Assembly: GCA_000934665.2 (NCBI GenBank)
Contig: KZ538101.1
Location: 62,001-126,000 of the forward strand
Reading direction: 5' to 3'
From: Catajapyx aquilonaris
Taxonomy: Eukaryota
Length of the DNA: 64,000 nucleotides
Numbering within the stretch: position 1 is the first letter of the stretch; each line of letters starts with the position of its first letter. The notes under the pieces were generated by a model. It did no database searches and had not been told where the DNA came from. It saw only the letters and a program-made list of their open reading frames with translations. The position numbers and the translations under genes are program-made. Below, piece after piece: positions 37,867 to 50,526 of this stretch.

Positions 37867-39600
37867 TACTGCATCATACATAGCATTAAAATTAATGTAA
37901 CAGGAATTAATGAAAATTAAGTTTCCATCAGATTTTTTACCAACACCGATGTGAGCTAACTTATGAAACACGTGGTATGAATAGTCTACAAAAAGTAGAG
38001 CTGCAAGGGTTTTTAAATGGTATATGAATCACCGTGTTATATTCTAATATGCAGTAATTAGATCAAGAAGGATTTACATTCATATTTAGGGATTAGTTAG
38101 CACGCCCAGTATTAGATGGTCTTCACCTGTGTCCCCTCTGCAGCCTCGCTTATTGGGTATGCCCCTCGAGCTGATGAGGCATTATATGAAAAATAAATTA
38201 ATGTAATTATGCAGTTTGGTTGGGCATTTAAAATAGCACCACTGACCATGAATAAATTTTGCAAGTAGAAGCCTACTGTAAACAAAATTTTATTCTCATA
38301 TTATGCTTCAATATATTAAATTGTTGTTTAAAGCCTCCTAATATGTTAGGCTACTTGTTATAGGGCTGAGCATGAACCTTGTCCTCAAAGTTGGGAAGTA
38401 TCATTTGGACGCAACATCAGCATAACAATATTATAGTATCAGTGGCTGATGTCAACGGACGCCAAATTCATTGTTGATGCAATATAGATTCAGCACAGTA
38501 AACAGAAAGTGCTTGTAAAATAAATTGCGTGCGGAGTAGTCAGTTGACTCGCCAAGGTGGTCAGTTGACCCGCTTGGGTACTCAAACTGGATATGCCCAA
38601 CTGACCTGCATTATGAATAAGATAGAGTTGCCTTAATGCAAACCATTAATAATTATCTAGGCCTATTCAGGCTCCGGTGAGAGGCTCCTGACTTTTTTAA
38701 ATTGCTTGAAAAATCTGCCAGTTGCAGTCTAGCAGAAAATAAGCCTAATAGGATTTTACACACGCTTTTAGGAGGTTAATTTTTAATATCCTTATCCAGT
38801 ACTGTAATAAACTAATGATATATTGATTACCTTTATCTGAAACAATATATGCATCTGTACACAAGTATGCAGTACAGTATACATCACCAATAGCCTGTGC
38901 AGTGTTTACACCGTGGAAATATTTATCTATCATAACACGTGTTTATTTCTAGCGGAATGTACATTGTTACAATGTAGGCAGCCAGAGCGCTGCATATTTA
39001 TTTCATTTTAACTATATAGCTTATAGGGTGTTTCAACATCATGCATGCTCATAATATGCCTGTTTCATCAAATGGATGCCATTATAAATGTATTCCTGTA
39101 GCATCAGAACTGATTCAAAACTACTAATTCCTAACGTTACTTTGTCAACAAGATCAAATTGTGATTTAATACTGGTCTGAAAATGATATAGAATACTCAT
39201 GATCAGAATTCCTCATTCAGGGGTGACACGGACATATCCTATGTTCGTGGTCCTCTCTTTTCTTCGTCGAACAGAAAATTGAGAGTTACCTTCCACAGGC
39301 ACTACTATAGGATGATAATAGTACTTGGCCATGATCAGTTGCTTCGACCAAGGCTTCGACAGCAAGGGCAAGCCGATACGGTATCTGATGTTCACATGCA
39401 TGTATAGGCTTGTAAATGTCTAAACAAGCTTCACAAACACTGATTTCTTTCAGCGAGTGGATCCAGATACCACTATCATTTTAAAATCTTCTGTGATCGT
39501 AAAAATACTATTTGCTTTATTAAGTTTGACGATAATGAATGATGATGTTAAATTAACGTTTTAATCCTCACAAAATGGGACGTTTATTTTTATGTAGCCA

Positions 39601-39917
39601 CCGAAGCAGGTTGGTGTGGTGGTTGATGAGTCCGACTGCTAATCGGGAGGTCCTGGGTCCGATTCCCGGGGCCGGCGATCCTGACCGTGGTTTTCTGTGG
39701 TTTTCCACGGTCCTCCCAGGATAATTCCGGGGTCGCTTCTGTACAATAGGCCACAGCCGCTTCCTTCCCTCCCTATCCTTGGCCCCACCCATGTATGAAG
39801 AAAACAATTTTCAGCAAAATCGAGTGGTAAAATGGTGGTATTCCACCCTCCTAATGGAGCGCCGATTCTCCCAACAACGGGGTAAATAAAATAAAATAAA
39901 TAAATAAATAAATGAAT
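39601..39917 (+). mobile_element. tRNA-derived SINE family B
   Basis: tRNA-like head with anticodon-like stem-loop CCGA-CTGCTAA-TCGG; (AAAT)n tail; TSD TTT(T/C)ATGTAGCCA. Confidence 0.92.
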
Positions 39918-42071
39918 TTTCATGTAGCCAGTGAGAATAGCCATTCTTTAACAATGAGATGAAACTCAAATGGGTGCTTTTCCATTTATAATTGTGTCAT
40001 AGTATACGTAGCTACTACATTATTAAACAGGCAAGTGATTGAAACACCCTATATATTTGTCCCGTCATAACATCCATACCGATATTGTATCGCTCTGGTA
40101 CATAATGATGTAACGCTGCAGGCTAAGCGCAGTTTGATGCATTATCCGCTCATTGCGTAATGAAAAGTCAAAACAAGCTCCCTCATAACACTTCCAAATA
40201 ATAATAATAATTGAATGAAGAGGCACCAATCTACCAACCACTACCACATCCCCCCATCCATAAACTAACTCGTTAGGCTTGCAAAAATCATGGAAGCTGA
40301 AAGTCTGCCTGGAAAAGATGGATGGCGCGAGAGATAGAGAGGAGAAACAGTTGGTTTTTGGTTCCATTCGATCCAATTCATTATGTCGGTCCCAGTATCC
40401 AGTCTAGTATCCCGAGCGTAGAAGAGGCTTTTTCCGGCCAATTTGTGGGCAGCGATCTGCGTCTAAGCCTCTCAGGACGAGCTGGTGCTGGTGTAGGGGG
40501 TAGGGAGACCGAGGGTTGACTCGACTCCTCCGCAGCTGCTGTCCGTCCAATTGATTACCGACAGATCCCTTGAAAGTCAGAGTAGCTTCACTTGTTGCCC
40601 CCGCTTTCTCTCTCCGGGCCAGCTTGACCAAACCCGCCCAGTCCCGCCCTAACACGCATTCAGTCTTCTCTTCCATGCCCTCCTGTTTGCTTTGGCTATC
40701 GCAATAGCTGCTGGTCAATATTGATTGCTGCTGGAACATTCAGCGTCTACTTGCTCAAGTCCTTGAGAAAGACAGTGGGACTTGGCCCTTAGATATGTCA
40801 AGAGAGTATTGTTAGATGCGTGCAACTTTGTTGTGGGTACTAGTCAGGGCAAGTAAATATTTTCTTATGATGGTGTGTCCTCTGGAGAAGACAAACAATG
40901 AGCTGGACCAGAGTGGGTCTTGAATGAGGCCAGCAGTAGGTCCGTCCGTCCCCAGTCAAGCAGACTGGACCAGCTAGGGCCCCCCCCAGTATATTGCAGG
41001 TGAGGGTGATGGATTCGACCATGAGCTGGTGCCACTTGCAGGAGTCGATTGGTGATTTTTCACCTGGGCCTTCTCCTCCAGCAGCCAGCCAGCCAGCCAG
41101 CCCTCCAGCTTCCAGAAATGTGGATCTAGCCAGTCCGGAAGAATGGTTCCGCCCAAATACGAACACAGATGGAATACTGGGGATCTCCTCCGCTTTGTTC
41201 AGGCATTACTTTCGCAAGAATGGCGTGCAGTCAATCTTAAGCTCGTTTTTTCCTTCTTCTTCTTCTTTCTTTTTTTTTTCTTCTTGTGTCGGCGCCGGAA
41301 GCAGAAAGGAAGCCGAGCGCGAGTTATTGCTGCTGGGCTCGCCAGCTAAATGAACCATTCATCCTTCCACCTTTCTCATTACCTGTATTTTTAATGCCCG
41401 CCCGTGCTTTCCTTTCCGCTTTCTCCGCCAGTCCATCATTGGCTTGACGTCTCCTTCCTCCGCTCTTATTCCCCCCTCGCGTGCACACAACCCTTCTGGC
41501 CACAACAGCTGCTCTTCTCCGCTTCATTAACTCCATCTTTCCTTCCGACACAAGCCGCTTGGCCTATAATGGAGCCGTCTCTGGGCCTAGCTCTCTACCT
41601 TACATTACGCGCCCATCATTACTCCCAAATTGTAAGATTGCTCGTTCCCCCTTTTAATTGTCCCACTTACGACCAGGATAACTCGCCTGCTCGGCTTCGG
41701 TCCAAGAAACATGGTTGCCTCTAACAAGGCTTCAACAAATCTATGGCTAGGGATAATAAATTCAGAGAGAGGCCATAACTTATATCGCTCCCTGCCTCCA
41801 ATTGACATCTCCTTTAGCAGCTCTACATATATATTTTTTCTTCTTTTCGTCTTAATGGTCGGCCATTTGAATTCGGAAACACAGTGATTCCTCTGCCTGC
41901 TGTCTGCCCGTTTTACTAGGGGCTATATACTCCGCCAGATGCACTGCCCAGGAGGGTCCATCTTATTGCGCCACCAGTCTTGCTGCTGTGGGACTATAGC
42001 ATGCTCATCACTTCTCTGCTCCTTTATTTGTTTTGGAACTACATTGTTTTTTTGGTGTTTAGAGAGATGTA

Positions 42072-42482
42072 CAATCTGTCTCAATAAGTTTTGGCCACTT
42101 TATCCTGGTCTTGAAGCAACCCTTCTCACACACACCCACTGCGGCCTATTAGGTGTGGGGATGTGAAAAATACAACTTTTCAAAGCTAGTGTATAAACCA
42201 ACCTAACCTAACCTAACCTACCCTTACGTAACATAGGTTGAGAAAAATGGGCTTTTCTAAAACCCTGCAACTGGAAATAGTGGGGACTGGTCCCCACTAT
42301 TGCAAAAGCAAACCCACAATTTTCTTGTGGGGACCGTAAACGTCCCCGCAAATGGGAAAATTGTCCCCACAGTTACAGTAAAAACAACAACTTCCGGTCC
42401 CACAGCTTATTGAAGACAGGTACACCGTGGGGGATTGCTTCAAGACCAGGATAAATTGGCCAAAACTTATTGAGACAGATTG
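42072..42482. mobile_element. Longer relative of MITE M1 (TA-flanked), containing a (CCTAA)n tract
   Basis: TIR CAATCTGTCTCAATAAGTTTTGGCCACTTTATCCTGGTCTTGAAGCAA and its complement; TA flanks; AACCTAACCTAACCTAACCTA at about 42200-42220. Confidence 0.88.
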
Positions 42483-43578
42483 TACGCTACCAAAAGTTTA
42501 TTCATTATTGTAATTACGAAGAACATCTGAGGTCGTCCTGCTTTAAAAATATATAGCCCATTAGAAATTAAGGAAGCTGCACTTCTTCAAGCTCCCAAGG
42601 TACTGTACTGTACTGTAAGAACTTCCTGTTAAGAAGAGTACACTTGTGGAATTACTAACTTTCGGAGATGTAGTAACCTCAAGATTTGACATGTATATGC
42701 AACAAGAGGCACGAGATGTTCCGTGAATTTCCTTTCCTTATAAAGTTATCGACTTAGCGCTGCTCCATGTCAGCTGGAAGTGCAAGAACGTGAGAACCCC
42801 CAGTGCGCTGCGGAAAGGCCTGCTGCGAACGTTTATTCTAGCTACGTCCCTCTGGTTGGATCCTGCTCCGGCATGCGACCACAATTTCACCATCTTATGA
42901 AGGCTGTCAGCTGATGAAATTATATAATTTCGTGCATTGGGTAACTTAACTCTAAGTTGCAGTTAATTTTGAAAGGAGCTGCTCTCCTTTTGAGTTTAAT
43001 GTTTTGTGTCATGCACGTCTTAGTATATGTTACGTCACACAGTGTGATGTGTAATAGTTGTCAAAAATGCTTTGCCAGACTGTAAAACCATCAGAGCTCT
43101 GGTGGCTTTTTTTTCTTATAATTTTTCAGTGGTAGAGTGCTAATGATTGTATAGTGTCAGGATGTAGGTCTGGCGAAAATCATCTTTCCATCATAATGCA
43201 GACGTTATTTGCATCATTTCTATGTTAATCGACATAATTTTCAGGTATAGCCTGGGTCTTCAACCGGTGTACATAGAACCCTTTTCTGTTCGAAAGGTTC
43301 CGCGAAATTATTTGAGATAATGGATGGGCCATATAGGAGTCACGTAAACATTCTAGTGTCAATATTGGTAGTTCTTCTTTGGTCCATTATTCTCCTGCCA
43401 GAAAAGCAGAAACTGGAAAGGGGACCATATACCTGTAATAAGTTAGTGGAGATTAAACTTACTAACCTATCGAAAAGAATATTGTTTGCCTTGTATGTTC
43501 TGTTTTTTTAAAAAAAAATCATCATGCGGTTGGAGCATATTGTGCCAATTTTATGAAAAATTTAACGCTCATGTCGAA

Positions 43579-43650
43579 TGGTATGGTACGTGGTATGTGG
43601 TACGTGGTACGTGGTACGTGGTACGTGGTACGTGGTACGTGGTACGTGGT
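43579..43650 (+). repeat. (GTGGTAC)n heptamer tandem repeat
   Basis: About 10 units of TGGTACG / TGGTATG. Confidence 0.92.
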
Positions 43651-43965
43651 AGGCTACTACAGTGAGTACGCAGTTGATCTCATCACCATCAAAGTGAAAC
43701 CTGCTTTCCTTGTCGTCCATGTGAGTACCTTGCTCTCTTCTTTCTGATGACATAGATTATAGAACTTGGGGTATGCGACACACAATCGTCATCAGTGAGA
43801 GCCGAAGATATAATATAAACATATTTTTATCCTAGTTATGTTTTAAATTAGTATGACTCATTCCTAATCTGTAATACAACATTTTCGCTTCAGCATAAGC
43901 CAAGTTATTAGCTACATTTTTATGCAGTTGGTTTATACTTTATGGTTCACATACTCAGGATAGTA

Positions 43966-44259
43966 CAGTGTTGGACATTAATCGCGTCATACTGCTTGCG
44001 ACATTTTCTGATCCGGCAGAAGTACAAATCGAAGTGATAGAGTGTGAGCCGTGTGAGTAAGAAGAGGTAGGCCTTGAGTGAGGTCACCGGTTGGGGGGGG
44101 GGGGGGGGTAATGGAGAAAAGGCTTGTCCCCCAGCCAGTGACGTCACCCAAGGGCTACCATTTCTTACTCGCACGGCTTTCACTCTATCACTTCGATTTG
44201 CACGTCTGCCGCATCGGAAAATGTCGCTAGTAGTATGACGGTATTAATGTCCAGCACTG
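43966..44259. mobile_element. Tc1/mariner-like MITE family M2 (CAGTG ends)
   Basis: TA|CAGTGTTGGACATTAAT ... ATTAATGTCCAGCACTG; long internal inverted symmetry; second copy at 47579. Confidence 0.85.
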
Positions 44260-47200
44260 TTTTGTACTAGTACAGTATATAACTTAATTGATGTTAATTT
44301 TATTTCCACAACTGCAAAATCCCAAATAAAGTTAGTGGTTAATGTTCAGCAACAAATGGGAATATAAAACTGCAGCAATTAGTGATTAGCATTCTTAATT
44401 AAATTCAAGCGTTAAAACGTGAATATATTTTCAGCTATGATGAGATATATCTCGGTTGAAAACTACATTGTACGTTTAATCTGGCTTTTTGCTTGGTTGT
44501 ATAACATAATATACATTGCACATTATTGGATAAATTAAATTGGGGTGGGAATTAACTTCTGAATTGTTTTTCGTGCAATGGATGAGACAACAAAAGATTT
44601 CTGCGATGCTCTAAGATTGTTATCATTGCACTTTTTCAACAGATTTGTTAAAAACAATCTTTGGGGTGAAGAAAGGGAGAGAAAGAGCTTCAGAAGGGGA
44701 AGTGGAGGTTGGGGAAGTCATTGGTACACTCCTCTTTCTTCCCCCTCCCTTCTCTCTCTTTTTCTTTACAAAAAAAAAACCCCCCACCCTTGATGGCCGC
44801 CATACCGTGAAGAAACAGCGTATGATGACGTTATTCTAACGCCATTTATCATAGGGTAATACAACCCTTGACGCCTTCTGGTGCCTTCCGCTGACGTAGC
44901 CCTACGAAGTGTTCGTTATTGAGAAAAGAAAGTGGGCAGAATGTCGATACGTGAAAAATTAATAGAAAAAAGGGGGTTAAGGTCAGGTGGCCCTCTTTTA
45001 GGCCTACACTGCTTAAAAATTATGGATGCCACTCTGGTCCCATTTCTTGCCCATTTCAGGATTTGGCAAATTGTTAACTTGAGTTAACACGTGATTTGAA
45101 TGACTCAGTCCTGTCAAATGCATTTTTTCAAGGAATAATAGTGGTACACTGTGTGATTTATTACCATTGACAATAAGAGAGTAAAAGTTGAAGTCTGGGA
45201 GTATGAAGAGGAGGGGGGGGGGAACAAACATCATGAAAATGGGATCAGAAAAAACTCTGTACTGATGTAATATTCTGGAAATGACTTTTTGCCTAAAAAT
45301 TCTGACAAGTTATAACCTTTATTAGTAATGGTCTTTTACAGTATTTTTTGCTGAAATTGGAGGAGGTGAAAGGTAGCTAGGGGAGGCTTTAATGAATAAT
45401 TGAATATTAAATACAAGTCATTGGTAACATTAAGCTGTATATGACTAATTGAACATATAGAAACTCAGTTGATTAGCTTGAATCCGGCGACCTTTCTTAA
45501 TAAGTGCTTCTAAAATGGATCTACCTTTTAATTCAACTTTAATTTATTGCGTATAACATGACCGTTGCATTTTGGATCACGTAAATACCTATACATAATA
45601 TAAACGTGCAAATTCATAAAATATTGCAGTACACCAAAGTTACTTTGTGACTCTTTTAGAGGATAGAATGTGTATTTTATAGGTTTTTAAAAGTGTTGTG
45701 GGTGTATATTTTATTTACATGATCTCTAAATACAATTTTAACGCTACTCAGCGTATCATTTTTTCATTACAAAAATGTTTTCTTCAAGAAAGATATCAGA
45801 TATGTAAGCTGCAATTATTTTTATCTGGGAGACTTTGAAGGATAATGCCTAAACATCGTTATCTTATGCCTGGGACAATAACAGAAACAGTTGCCGCTTA
45901 AGCATTTGGCTTATATGAAATTTTGACGTTATACTGTTAAACCATTTCAACAATCTATAGATTCAAAAATAAAATACGCAACATATTATGAAGAATAATA
46001 TATGTTAAAAATACAACTTCCATGGTAAATGTACCACTCCCCAATGTGATTTAAATTGCAATACTGAAAACACAAACTAGTTTAAAAGACACATGCCTCC
46101 AGCAAGGGAAACATGGCAACGCTGTGTGTACAGTATTGTATCATAATGGCCCTTGCCGTCGAGGAAAATGCGAATTTGAATATATTTAGAGCAGCTGTTA
46201 CCAGAGCTAATGCAGGTATTCTTGCTACAATAGCCCTGAAATCTCGTCTCGCCCCAACTGAAGGCAACAGAACTGTTGCGCACTTTCTAACAGTAATTGA
46301 ACATTGTACTTTTTGGTGCCATTTATTGAGCTTGACAACTGGCAAATTAGCTATTACATCGTTGTCCTATATTTATGTGTCAGTCACATGTTGTTTTTAA
46401 CTTTGTGCAAAATTTTGGTATCGTCCCCGCATTTTTGGTCAGTGGAAACAGGCCTAAACGTGAACAAATATAAGGTATAATGCCTTAGTAACTTGACTTC
46501 TCCCAAGGGGCCAACTTGTAAAAGATGTTTAGCTAAGGGACGCGTTTTCGTGAAGCCGACCTCGTAAAGTAAGCGATTCTAATTACAAAGCAATGCAGGA
46601 TGTCAGCCCTAAGTGTTAATAAAACATTCATAGGCGAAATTAGGTTATTATATTAAGCCCCTAATAACTCTTTGCATATTCAGCTGATGCAGTATAATAT
46701 TGGAATCCGCACATGCCAGTAATTATGCCCTTCAGATATTTTTTGAAAATAATCTGGCATAACCGGGACCCAATATTCATTACTGTATCGTCAGGTGCGA
46801 GTAATTAATAGAGCACTTAACACCTGAACATAACATAGGAGAATGAAGTGTGGCCTGTGATTATGTAATCCGCATAGTCAATAAATGTTATTACATTAAC
46901 CATCCAAAAAAGAAAATGAAGGGCGATTTCAAATACAAAAAAAAAACATACCGGTATATTCAAGTAGCAGCTAATAAGGAAAAATATGCGTCATATGATG
47001 ACCTGAATGCATAACGATCATAGTTATATTTGGTCAAAACTGAATTATGCATTGAGTACTGTTACCCACGATAAAGTCAGTTTTCTGATATACCAACTAC
47101 GGTTTCTTTAAAAAAAATATTTAGAAAGAAATTATTCCATAAGGAGGAATGCAACCTCCAAACTTCCAACTCTACTCAACATCTGTCAAATGTGACATTT

Positions 47201-47416
47201 GGTCGTTCTACATTTCAGATCTGCATATTAATTCCATACAACACATAAATACATAATCACCAAATTAGACATTGATTAAGTCGTTGCGTTTACGGAATTT
47301 CCATCGACATTGTTTGACATTACGTACTCAAGGATCTATGCGCATACATGGTAGTTATATCGCACTTGCTTTTAAGTCATATTACTGCAGGCTATTTGAA
47401 TATTGGTCCAGTAGTA

Positions 47417-47578
47417 CAGTGTGGGACATAAATCGAGTCATACTGCCAGCGACATTTTCCGAAGCGGCAGAAGAAGGAATCTTGCTCGCCCGGCTTGCAG
47501 CATCCTTATCTTCGATTCCTTCTTCTGCCGCTTCGGAAAATGTCGCTAGCAATATGCTTCGGTTTATGTCCAACACTC
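47417..47578. mobile_element. Short MITE related to M2
   Basis: TA|CAGTGTGGGACATAAA...TTTATGTCCAACACTC with inner IR GCGACATTTTCCGAAGCGGCAGAAGAAGGAATC. Confidence 0.82.
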
Positions 47579-47908
47579 CAGTGTTGGGCATTAATCGCGT
47601 CATACTGCTTGCGACATTTTCTGATGCGGAATAAGTGCAAATCGAAGTGATAGAGTGTGAGCCGTGCGAGTAAGAAGAGGTAGGCCTTGAGTGACGTCAC
47701 CTGCTGGGGGGGCAATGGAGAAAAGGCTTGTCCCCAGCCAGTGACGTCACCCTAGGGCTACCACTTCTTACTCGCACGGCTCGCATTCTATTTTATCTAT
47801 TTTTCGTTTTCGTTTCGTTTCGTTTCGTTTCGTTTCGTTCGCTTCATTTCGTTTTCTATTCTATTCTATCACTTCGATTTGCACGTCTGCCGCATCGGAC
47901 CAGCACTG
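47579..47908. mobile_element. MITE family M2 copy with internal (TTCGT)n expansion and right-arm deletion
   Basis: Near-identical to the 43966 copy; microsatellite at about 47790-47865; ends CCAGCACTG|TA. Confidence 0.88.
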
Positions 47909-48739
47909 TACCATACGTTTATTTTCATAATTATTGTACCGTAACACTATTCGGCACATCCCTTTTGTCGACGACACCATTCCAAACCCCAACAGTTACT
48001 AAACCTATACTCTACCCCATGCAGATTTGCCTAAGTGCACTTATTGAAACGCGATCAACCTCCCTTGATCCGAAACCGAGTAGGAAATTGGAAAGGCTTA
48101 GTAGTGAGCCTGTCCGGGCCGAGAAAACAAGGCTAGATTAGGTGGAGGGGGGGGTTACTGGCGATTATTTTTCTTTCCTCTATATTATTGTTCCCTCCGT
48201 TAAGTTGAAGTAGAGCGTGAGAGAAAAGAAAGCGGAGTGTCTGAAGCGGACGTTTTTACTGCGCTCAGTTGATCCTGCGGTAGGATAATAGGAAAGTGAC
48301 AGCTGATTAGGTGTGCGAGTGTCTTGCTGCAATTTCTTCACCATTGGGGGCGGAGGGTGGAGTGGTCGTTTTGGTGGTGGGGGGGTTGAGCTCAGCTGTT
48401 CAATTTCCTTGGCTAGACGGCGGAATAATAGCGGGCTTGATGAGAGAGAAGGAGAGGAAGACGCATTGATTTTCGCATTGCTTAGCTTTGCTTTTGTCCT
48501 TCAGGTTTGGCGATGCTCATTGCCTTGCTATCCTTCCAAGCCTTGCTTTTCCCCCCTACCATTGCTGGGAGTCAGGTGCACTAGGCTGAGCCCCCTGAAG
48601 CCGCTCTGTCAAATTACGCAAACACCATGGGGGGAGGGAGGAAAAGCCTCATAAGTAAGTTTTCTTCCAAGCCTCCTCCTTCAGAATAAGTTTGGAGGAG
48701 GGGGCTAACTAAGCAGGACACACCTGGCCTTTTCCTGTA

Positions 48740-49180
48740 TGGTTAAGCTCCTTTTCCCATTTTGGGAACACAGGCAACATGAAGATCATGTGCAGCATCT
48801 TAGGGGCTATTGAACTTGCATTGCCTGCTGCTACCTCCCCTACCACCTCTTCCATTCATCATCTCCTGCTCTCTTGAGACACATGAGCCTAAAAACTCCT
48901 TCACTCGCTTTTTAAGGTATGGTTCTACTTCCATCCCCAGGACTTTGATCCTGCACACAAATGGCTTGATCACCACTAAGGAACGCGAAGCGGGGAACTA
49001 AATCTTGGACTGTTGCGCTTTTTTCTTTGGAATTTGGACCGATAATTGGCCCTAGGCCTGTTTCAGTCAGAATCACTTTTGTTCGGAGCCAATTCCAACT
49101 CTTTTTCGGATGTTGGATAAAAATTTTTGTTGCGATGGAAACAATACTTAGCTGTTCTTTTTGTAGGGTGCACATGGAGA
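48740..49180 (-). pseudogene. Decayed non-LTR retrotransposon ORF1 (gag-like) fragment
   Basis: Fragmented translations RIKVLGMEVEPYL ... QCKFNSP / RCC / DLHVA / PKWEKE resemble the EVEPY...CCHC...CPxWxKE end of I/Nimb-type ORF1. Multiple stops and frameshifts. Confidence 0.35.
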
Positions 49181-49228
49181 AAAATGGCTTTAAAAATATC
49201 GCTCTAATCGTGGTTACTGTGCAAATAA

Positions 49229-49548
49229 GAGGGGAGACGGAGTGGCGCCGCGGTAACGCGCGCGCCCACGGATGTTAAGGTCCCGGGTTCGATCCCAGCC
49301 CGGGGACACCCCCTTCATCTCGTGCAGAGGTCGGTCACCTCTGGCTTCGTCTCGGGTGGTATTTCCTACAGACTAAACCACCCGGGGGAGCTCACTAAAA
49401 ATGGCCACACGTCAGATGCACTGCACTTGCACATCCCCTCCTGTCATCCTGCCCGTGGGCCCGGGCGATACGTATAAAGGCTCCAATGTATACAACAAAT
49501 AAAGGTCCATGTGATAAACCCTGATAGGGTGAAAGCATTACCCAAACA

Positions 49549-49594
<46 letters not shown>
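49229..49594 (+). mobile_element. tRNA-derived SINE family C, full length
   Basis: A box TGGCGCCGCGG, B box GGTTCGATCC, (ATT)n tail, TSD TACTGTGCAAATAA (49215-49228 / 49595-49608). Confidence 0.93.
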
Positions 49595-49596
<2 letters not shown>

Positions 49597-49673
49597 CTGT
49601 GCAAATAATATTGATAAATGATATATTTTAGGCCTCATTTTAGTGATTAAGTCCGCTCCTACTGTCACCCATT

Positions 49674-50526
49674 TTTATTTTTATTTTTGTCACATGTGCC
49701 CATTTTCGATCATTTTTGCTCCGTTTGCTGTCACTTAGACGACCATATCTTATAAAAGGCGGGGTCAAATCTGACATTTAATATGTGCACTCGAAGGGTA
49801 ATTTCACGCGCTATGAGATGGTCATTATTTTTCAAAATTGAAAATACCGAAAATGTAAAATAAAAAATGGCCCCAAAACTTTGATTTTGATATTGCTTAT
49901 TAATCGATCCCTATACGATTTCTTTTGAATGGCACTTAAAATGATAAGGGCAATGTTTTCTTCACATTTCCGAAAAATACGGAGAATCGATTTTTGATGT
50001 TTGCCAACAATAATAACTTTTTTGGTTCCAAGAACTTCTCGTCAGTGTAGTCACCTCATTTGGAGGACCATAACTCGGAGAAAGTCAGGTACAATCTTAT
50101 ATTTGATATATGAATTCGAAAGGTATTTTTATTCTCCAGGAGATGGTCAGACTCAAAATTTATAAATCCAAAAATTTTAAATCAAATATATTTTGATTTT
50201 GATATTGTTCAATAATAGACACCTACGATTTCTTTTGAATGGCACTTAAAATCATCCGGGTAATGTTTACTTGACATTTCCGCAAAATCTGGAGAACCGA
50301 TTTTCGATATTTGCTCAATGTAAAATTATTTTATGTGCAAGGCACGTACCGTAAGAGTAGTCACCTCAATTGGCAATAAAATTATTCTCCAGATTTTGCG
50401 GAAACCTCCTTGGTGCAGGTCAGAGACCCTCCCGACGCAGGTGAAAGGGAACTCCCAGGCGGGGATCGAACCTGGGACCTTTCACTCAGCAAGCCGAGAC
50501 GTTACTATCTCGGCCACCACACCTCC
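49674..50526 (-). mobile_element. Chimeric retro-insert: SINE-A head plus about 700 bp of unrelated repeat sequence plus an A-rich tail
   Basis: 16-bp TSD CCTACTGTCACCCATT (49658-49673 / 50527-50542); SINE-A 5' 120 nt at 50405-50526; (AAAAAT)n-like tail at 49674-49688; internal direct repeat with about 310-bp period (about 49880-50065 versus 50193-50375). Confidence 0.78.

Noticed and set aside
38165..38195. Hammerhead cores (CTGATGAG...GAAA here; degenerate minus-strand cases at about 575-600, 43770-43800 and 56580-56610)
   Set aside because: Stem II pairing or the GAAA/CUGANGA core is broken in each; no complete three-stem fold.
39415..39500. Walker-A-like KMIVVSGSTR*KKSVFVKL on the minus strand (Polinton ATPase-like)
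   Set aside because: GK(S/T) is not intact, stops are present and there are no downstream ATPase motifs; probably chance.
41110..41132. miR-279-like word TGGCTAGATCCACAT on the minus strand
   Set aside because: Seed mismatch, divergent 3' half and no precursor hairpin seen.
43579..43650. CRISPR-like array
   Set aside because: Simple 7-bp tandem repeat without spacers; no cas genes; eukaryotic context.
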